Shown here: positions 58,272 to 64,000 of the stretch, piece after piece
Layout: each line of letters starts with the position of its first letter
Numbering within the stretch: position 1 is the first letter of the stretch
The notes under the pieces: model-generated
What the model saw: only the letters and a program-made list of their open reading frames with translations
The model's database searches: none
Told to the model about the DNA's origin: nothing
From: an uncultured Fidelibacterota bacterium
GTDB taxonomy: Bacteria > Fidelibacterota > Marinisomatia > Marinisomatales > Marinisomataceae
Assembly (NCBI GenBank): GCA_902624275.1
Contig: CACNWW010000001.1
Location: forward strand, 202,601-266,600
Direction: 5' to 3'
Length of the DNA: 64,000 nucleotides
Program-made: the position numbers and the translations under genes

Positions 58272-59193
58272 TAATTTTCCTCCCCGTTAAATCTAAAAAG
58301 ACATCCTCTAAAGATGTTTGAGGGATATGGATATCTTCAATTTTAATATCTTTTTCAGAAAATTTTAAAATTATTGAAGGTAATTCAAGATTGGGTGTAT
58401 CTGTAAAAATTTTCAAAGAGTTGTTATCCATTTTATAATCATATTCACTTAAAAAACTTAAATCATTATTATCATTATCTTTTAATTGTATTTCAATGGA
58501 AGAGTTTTTGACCATCTTTTTTAAATTAGAAACTGTGTCTTCAATAATTAACTTTCCTTTATCTATAATCCCGACTCTCTCACATAAAAGCTCTGCTTCA
58601 TCTATATAGTGAGTTGTTAACAATATTGTTTTTCCATCTTTATGCAGTTCTTGTAAATACAGCCATAGATCATGCCTTAATTCAACATCAACGCCAGCAG
58701 TAGGTTCATCAAGAATGATTATTTCAGGGTCATGTACCAAAGCTTTTGCTATTTGTAACCTTCGCTTCATTCCTCCTGAAAGCTCTCGCATTTTTTTTGT
58801 TCGATGTTTGGATAAACCTAATTTTTCTAGCAAATATTCAATTCTTTCTTTTGCATGAAATCTTGATACTCCATAAAAACCAGCCTGAAAATACAATAAT
58901 TGTTCTAGAGGGAAAAACCAGTCAGTGCTAACTTCCTGTTGCGCAATTCCAACTTGCGATCTAGCAAATCTAAAGTCATTTTCTATGTTTTTTCCAAAAA
59001 TTTCAATATCTCCATCTGTTGGCTTAACTAGACTTGTAATGGAATTGATAGTAGTTGATTTTCCAGCGCCATTAGGACCTAGTAAGCCATAAAACTCACC
59101 TTTATTGATTTCCAAATCAATACCTTGTACTGCTTTTACATCATCGTATGACTTAAAAAGCTTATTGATTTTTATTGCTAGATTTCTACTCAT
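58264..59193 (-). CDS. ABC transporter ATP-binding protein (DrrA/YadG-like)
   Basis: 309 aa. Walker A GPNGAGKST, signature LSGGMKRR, Walker B IIILDEPT. Confidence 0.8.
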   Translation of the reverse strand: MSRNLAIKINKLFKSYDDVKAVQGIDLEINKGEFYGLLGPNGAGKSTTINSITSLVKPTDGDIEIFGKNIENDFRFARSQVGIAQQEVSTDWFFPLEQLLYFQAGFYGVSRFHAKERIEYLLEKLGLSKHRTKKMRELSGGMKRRLQIAKALVHDPEIIILDEPTAGVDVELRHDLWLYLQELHKDGKTILLTTHYIDEAELLCERVGIIDKGKLIIEDTVSNLKKMVKNSSIEIQLKDNDNNDLSFLSEYDYKMDNNSLKIFTDTPNLELPSIILKFSEKDIKIEDIHIPQTSLEDVFLDLTGRKIND

Positions 59194-60355
59194 TTGAAGG
59201 CACTATTTTATAAATACTTCCTGAGAATTCCACTATATATAATTCACCATTTATGTCTTCACCAAAAGATGATATCATACTTTTTTTATTTCCAAATAAT
59301 TGAGGAGTTAAATCATTGGTCAAGCCTTTTACTGGGTTAAGAGACCAGATTTTTCCAGTACAAAAATCTGAAAATAAATATAACCCACTTAAATCATTAA
59401 TTTTATTCCCACGATAAACGTATCCTCCCGTAACAGAACATCCGTATACATTTTTTTGATTTATATTCATAAGGCTAAATGCATATGATGCGTCGCTAGG
59501 ATATTCAAATATAGGTTTTGTTAAACCATCTTGATTACATTCTTCTTTTTCATAACAATGGTTTCCTTCCATAATCTTCCATCCAAAATTAATATTTGAT
59601 TCATTAGAACTAATTTTATTTATTTCTTCCCAAAGATATTGTCCAACGTCACCGATATAAAGATCGCCATTAATTTTATCAAAACTAAATCTCCATGGAT
59701 TTCTTAAACCATAAGCCCAAATTTCATCTAATTTATCCTGTGCGTTTTTATAAGGATTAGAATCAGGTATTTTATAACCACTTTCAGTATTGATATCTAT
59801 TCTTAAGATTTTTCCCAAAAAATTACTCAAATCTTGCGCATTGTTTTGTGGATCGCCTGATGAACCTCCATCCCCAAATCCTAAATATAGATAATTATCT
59901 TTGGGACTAAATTCAAGATGCCCTCCGTTATGATTTCCATAAGGTTGTTCAAAATGAAATAGTTTTCTTTCTGACATAAAATCTACTTTTTGTTTTCTAT
60001 TATCATAAAAATAACGAGCTACCACAGAAAAATTATCTTTATCTACATATGATACATAAAAAAGTCCATTTGTAGCGAAATTCGGGTGAAGTGCCATCCC
60101 TAATAATCCTCTTTCGTCTGGAATGGGCCCTGTCATAACTAAAGCTGATAGATCTATAAAAGTAGTAGTTTTATTTTTTTCAATTAATTTTATTTTACCG
60201 GTTTGTTCAACCACAAACATAGCATTTGTTTCTGGATGAAATCTTACAAGCAATGGTTGAGAAAACCCATCAAACATTAATTGTGTTTTAAATGATGGAC
60301 TATCCTCAGCAAAAAGAAAAGTGGTTATTAAAAGCAGTACTAAATTAATCTTCAT
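59186..60355 (-). CDS. PQQ-dependent soluble sugar (glucose/sorbosone) dehydrogenase family protein
   Basis: 389 aa with a signal peptide. GLLGMALHP, HNGGHLEF, GDGGSSGDPQNNAQ, GKILRI, GLRNPWRFSFD. Confidence 0.7.
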   Translation of the reverse strand: MKINLVLLLITTFLFAEDSPSFKTQLMFDGFSQPLLVRFHPETNAMFVVEQTGKIKLIEKNKTTTFIDLSALVMTGPIPDERGLLGMALHPNFATNGLFYVSYVDKDNFSVVARYFYDNRKQKVDFMSERKLFHFEQPYGNHNGGHLEFSPKDNYLYLGFGDGGSSGDPQNNAQDLSNFLGKILRIDINTESGYKIPDSNPYKNAQDKLDEIWAYGLRNPWRFSFDKINGDLYIGDVGQYLWEEINKISSNESNINFGWKIMEGNHCYEKEECNQDGLTKPIFEYPSDASYAFSLMNINQKNVYGCSVTGGYVYRGNKINDLSGLYLFSDFCTGKIWSLNPVKGLTNDLTPQLFGNKKSMISSFGEDINGELYIVEFSGSIYKIVPSNE

Positions 60356-62357
60356 CTAAAAACTCGAATAAATCTTTCTCTTCAACAATCTTTATACTTA
60401 AATCTTGTGCTTTTGATAATTTTGATCCTGGATTTTTTCCTACAATAATAGTACTAGTTTTGGAAGAAACAGAAGAGCTAACTGTAGCTCCTAACTTTTC
60501 TAATCTAAGCTTTAAATCACTACGTGACAAACTTTCAAAAGATCCAGTTATAACAACTTTGTGATTCAACATCTTCATTTTTGATGTATCATAAGTAGTA
60601 GGTATTATCTCAATACCTAATTGCAGACAACTTTCAACAATATTTTTATTTTTATTGTCGTTAAAATACTCTTGTATAGCGATAGCAACTGTTTCACCAA
60701 TTCCATCTATCTCTACCATTTCTTTAACAGTTAATACAGTTAATTTTTCTAAAGATGAATTACAGTATTTATCCATTATCTTGGATATATGTTGACCTAC
60801 ATTTGGGATACCAAGTCCAAATAAAAATCTAGGAAAAGTTGTTTTTTTAGATTGATTTATTGAGTCAATTAAATTCATTGCAGATTTATTCTTAAAACGA
60901 TCTAAGTTAATTAAATCTTCATATTTTATTTTGTAAATATCATCAAAACTATTTAATAAATCTGCTTCAAATAATTGTTTAACAATTTGAGGACCCATAC
61001 CTTCAATATTCATTGCATTTTTTGAACAAAAATGTTCAAGTACACCCATAACTCTTGATTTACAATTTGGATTTATACATCTATATGCTGCTTCTCCTTC
61101 AATGCGCTCAATTTTACAATTAGGATCAGGCCAATTAAAATCACTAATTGAGAATTTTTGTGTATTTTTAGGTCTCTTATTTTTGAGAACCTGCGTAATC
61201 TTAGGAATTACATCGCCAGATCTTTCGATTAATACAAAATCATTAATTCTAATATCTTTTCTGTCTATTTCATCTTGATTATGAAGAGTAGCACTGGATA
61301 TCATAACACCTGATAAATCAATTTCTTTAATTTTTGCAACTGGAGTAATAACTCCTGTTCTACCGACTTGTAGATCAATTCCTATAATCTGGGATTCTGC
61401 TTGCTTTGCTTTAAATTTTGCTGCAATAGCCCATCTTGGAGATCGTGATCTTAACCCCAATCGCTCTCTTTTTTTATAATTATTTACTTTTATGACAGAA
61501 CCATCAATTTCATAATCTATATGGTTACGATTTGATTCTAGAGTGTGATGATATGCAATCATTTCATTGGCTGACGTAATTTTTTTGGATAGTGGATTTA
61601 CAGGTAGTCCAATTGACTTTAAATAATCAAGCATTTCAACTTGATTATTAAACTCAATATCTTCACTACCTCCAATTTCGTAACAAAAAATTGAGAGATT
61701 TCTTGAGGCAGTAATTTTAGGATCAAGTTGTCTTACACTTCCAGCTGCTGCATTCCTAGCATTTGCAAATAGTTTTTCTTCTAATACTTCTCTAGATCTA
61801 TTTAATTTGTTGAAATCTGAGATGTTCATAAAAATTTCCCCTCTAACTTCAATAAAAGTTGGGGTTTTTACAGATTTTCTTAGCTGTAATGGAATAGCAT
61901 TGATAGTTTTGACATTATGGGTGATATCTTCTCCTTTAAATCCATCGCCCCTTGTTAAAGCTCTTTCTAGTATTCCATTTTTATATATTAACGAAACCCC
62001 TAAACCATCAATTTTTGGCTCTGCTACAAAATCAACTTTAGAGTTGTTTAGCCACTTTTTTATACGTTTATCAAAATCATTGATTTCTTCATCATTTATG
62101 GCATTGGATAATGAAAGCATGGGGACAGCATGATCATAACTCTGTAATCCACTACTTACAGGATGACCAACTCTTTGGGTTGGTGATAAATCAGTAACTA
62201 AAGAAGGGTGTTTCTTTTCAAGCTCTTCAAGTTCTCTAAAAAGACTATCATATTCCTTGTCAGACAACTTAGGGTCATCTAAAACATAGTAAGCATGGTT
62301 ATGATTATTAATTTCTGATATTAAGCTATCTATTCTTTTTTTAATCTTTTCTTCCAT
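60345..62357 (-). CDS. ligA: NAD-dependent DNA ligase
   Basis: 670 aa. Adenylation motif EPKIDGLGVSL, Zn-finger Cys cluster CKIERIEGEAAYRCINPNC, HhH and BRCT regions. Confidence 0.9.
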   Translation of the reverse strand: MEEKIKKRIDSLISEINNHNHAYYVLDDPKLSDKEYDSLFRELEELEKKHPSLVTDLSPTQRVGHPVSSGLQSYDHAVPMLSLSNAINDEEINDFDKRIKKWLNNSKVDFVAEPKIDGLGVSLIYKNGILERALTRGDGFKGEDITHNVKTINAIPLQLRKSVKTPTFIEVRGEIFMNISDFNKLNRSREVLEEKLFANARNAAAGSVRQLDPKITASRNLSIFCYEIGGSEDIEFNNQVEMLDYLKSIGLPVNPLSKKITSANEMIAYHHTLESNRNHIDYEIDGSVIKVNNYKKRERLGLRSRSPRWAIAAKFKAKQAESQIIGIDLQVGRTGVITPVAKIKEIDLSGVMISSATLHNQDEIDRKDIRINDFVLIERSGDVIPKITQVLKNKRPKNTQKFSISDFNWPDPNCKIERIEGEAAYRCINPNCKSRVMGVLEHFCSKNAMNIEGMGPQIVKQLFEADLLNSFDDIYKIKYEDLINLDRFKNKSAMNLIDSINQSKKTTFPRFLFGLGIPNVGQHISKIMDKYCNSSLEKLTVLTVKEMVEIDGIGETVAIAIQEYFNDNKNKNIVESCLQLGIEIIPTTYDTSKMKMLNHKVVITGSFESLSRSDLKLRLEKLGATVSSSVSSKTSTIIVGKNPGSKLSKAQDLSIKIVEEKDLFEFLDED

Positions 62358-63295
62358 ATAAATCCTATAAAAACTAGTAAAATTATTAGTAACAATAATT
62401 GTAACGATAAGTTATTAATAACAATTGAATGTGCATACATATTGAAGTGGCTAGTTGCTATATCATTAAAATCAAACTCCCAATAAATTGTGCTATCGAG
62501 TTCACTTATAAATGTAGCATTGGTGTTTCTCAAATCTCCTGGGATAGCAACACTGAAAGTGAAACCGTCTAACATTAAATTGGTATTTTTTTCAAATTCT
62601 TTTTCTAAATCATCTATAATTATTGTCATATCTGAAAAAAAGTTTTTTGGTAATCGACGCTTCATTGGTGACAAGGCATCAATAAATATTTCGGAAGACT
62701 TTCTGTCAAATTCTCTCTCATAATCTTTTTCTTCTACATATGAGATATATGCATCAATTTGATTATTTATTCTATCGATAATAATTTCGTCGATCGTATT
62801 TTTTTGTTTAAATACATTTATGCTTTCAGAAAAAATATATCTCTTGGCTGGTACAAGCCACGATAAATCATCTTCATCTATATCTAAATAGTTCACTATT
62901 TCTGGATATTTTAAATCAATTTCTAGATTTCTGATATTTGATTGAAATGTGTATGAATCCCAAAAAAAATATGAATTTCTGGACACATCTATATCATATT
63001 GAAGGTTTGAAGAGCTATTAAAAGTTAATTTTGTTTTCGTTGGTGAGGATAAAATGGTTTCTTTTTCCCATATATTTTCCGTACTACTTTCATTTGTTTG
63101 ACGTAATGAAGTTATCCAGTTATGTTTATCATTACTTGTAGGGTGTATGAAGTCACTGTCGAGCAAATCATTCTTATGGCCTATAGAGTTATATTTTACC
63201 GAAAAGCTTCCATTATCAAAAATTTGTATATGGACTAAGTTCTCAACGCAAGAGAACAAGAAGAAACATAGAAAAAATAAAATTTTTCTAGGCAT
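62330..63295 (-). CDS. hypothetical lipoprotein with C-terminal TM anchor
   Basis: 321 aa. Lipobox LFSC at the N-terminus. C-terminal hydrophobic helix LLLLIILLVFIGFIW followed by KKRLKKE. No recognisable motifs. Overlaps the ligA start by 28 nt. Confidence 0.4.
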   Translation of the reverse strand: MPRKILFFLCFFLFSCVENLVHIQIFDNGSFSVKYNSIGHKNDLLDSDFIHPTSNDKHNWITSLRQTNESSTENIWEKETILSSPTKTKLTFNSSSNLQYDIDVSRNSYFFWDSYTFQSNIRNLEIDLKYPEIVNYLDIDEDDLSWLVPAKRYIFSESINVFKQKNTIDEIIIDRINNQIDAYISYVEEKDYEREFDRKSSEIFIDALSPMKRRLPKNFFSDMTIIIDDLEKEFEKNTNLMLDGFTFSVAIPGDLRNTNATFISELDSTIYWEFDFNDIATSHFNMYAHSIVINNLSLQLLLLIILLVFIGFIWKKRLKKE

Positions 63296-64000
63296 TATGA
63301 AATTACTTGAAATTCTTTTGAAGTTTTATTGAGGATTTCAGCTCCATTTTTTGTAACGATAATGTCATCTTCAATTCTTACACCACCAATATCTGGTACA
63401 TAAATTCCCGGCTCAACAGTCATTACGTAGTTTTCTTCAAGAACATCTTCACTTACTTTGCTAAACCTTGGGTCTTCATGTATTTCTAACCCTAAGGAAT
63501 GTCCAAGGCCATGGTCAAAAAATTTACTATAACCTGCATTTGCTATATGATCTCTTGCAATTGAATCAATAGACTTACAAGATGTCCCAGATTTTATTCC
63601 TTCAATGCTTTTAACTTGGGCATTTAAAACAATATCATAAATTGATTTTTGCTCATCTGAATATCCTTTTGTTGCGAATGATCTAGTCATATCAGCGTGA
63701 TATCCTGCAAACTTTGCACCTGAATCAATAACCAACAATTCACCTGGCCCAATTTTTCTATCTGTCGGCTTATGGTGAGGCTTAGCTGAATTCGGCCCTG
63801 TACCAACTATAGCAGCAAATGCATCTGAATCAGAATCTCCATACTTTCTGTATAAAAATGATAATTGATTTGCTATTACCTTTTCTTCAACTCCAATTTT
63901 TACCATTGGTAATACTTCAGCAAAAGCCTTATCGGTAATCTCAACGGCCGTTCTAATTGCTTCTAACTCTTTTTCATCTTTTGACATGGCCATTTTTTCT
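63295..64000 (-). CDS. Xaa-Pro aminopeptidase / M24B metallopeptidase, partial (N-terminus beyond right window edge)
   Basis: Frame open to nt 64000. M24 pita-bread motifs DSGAKFAGYHADMTR, HGLGHSLGLEIHE, VEPGIY, VRIEDD. TAATG 1-nt overlap with the downstream gene. Confidence 0.75.
   Translation of the reverse strand, partial: EKMAMSKDEKELEAIRTAVEITDKAFAEVLPMVKIGVEEKVIANQLSFLYRKYGDSDSDAFAAIVGTGPNSAKPHHKPTDRKIGPGELLVIDSGAKFAGYHADMTRSFATKGYSDEQKSIYDIVLNAQVKSIEGIKSGTSCKSIDSIARDHIANAGYSKFFDHGLGHSLGLEIHEDPRFSKVSEDVLEENYVMTVEPGIYVPDIGGVRIEDDIIVTKNGAEILNKTSKEFQVIS

Overview
This 64-kb window is AT-rich: hand counts on single 60-nt lines give about 18-30% GC in most genes. It is very gene-dense, with many 1-14 nt gene overlaps, and it reads as chromosomal core rather than an accessory island. 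I support about 52 protein-coding genes, tRNA-Phe(GAA), tRNA-Lys(UUU) and a tmRNA (ssrA).

Housekeeping content:
- hisS, glyQS, argS, topA, ligA, carAB, gcvP, mnmA, rsfS, rdgB and ggt
- an OMF-MFP-RND efflux operon
- an FbpABC-type Fe(3+) ABC transporter
- an LptD-like protein and a TonB-dependent receptor
- an ABC-2 exporter and several SDR/Nudix/HAD enzymes

Several traits suggest a streamlined member of the Fibrobacteres-Chlorobi-Bacteroidetes (FCB) superphylum. They are a SprA-like T9SS translocon, a TonB receptor with an N-terminal carboxypeptidase-regulatory-like domain, an FCB-type LptD C-terminus, and Gln at position +1 of several signal peptides. This taxonomic call is inference only.

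I see no transposases, integrases, prophage genes, CRISPR arrays, toxin-antitoxin pairs or recognisable defence systems. I cannot honestly point to a clear novel multi-gene system.

Best leads:
1. sprA is translationally coupled to a glutaminyl-cyclase-like M28 lipoprotein, in a genome whose signal peptides appear to follow the Bacteroidetes Q-rule.
2. A GC-rich, compositionally atypical TonB-receptor cassette has its own promoter and terminator.
3. A perfect 22-bp A/T palindrome abuts the candidate topA promoter.
4. An 8-1-8 palindromic operator lies in front of the iron transporter.
5. The tmRNA tag ends in -AFA.
6. A minihelix next to ssrA copies the tRNA-Phe acceptor stem.

All functional calls come from motif recognition by eye. 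No searches were run.
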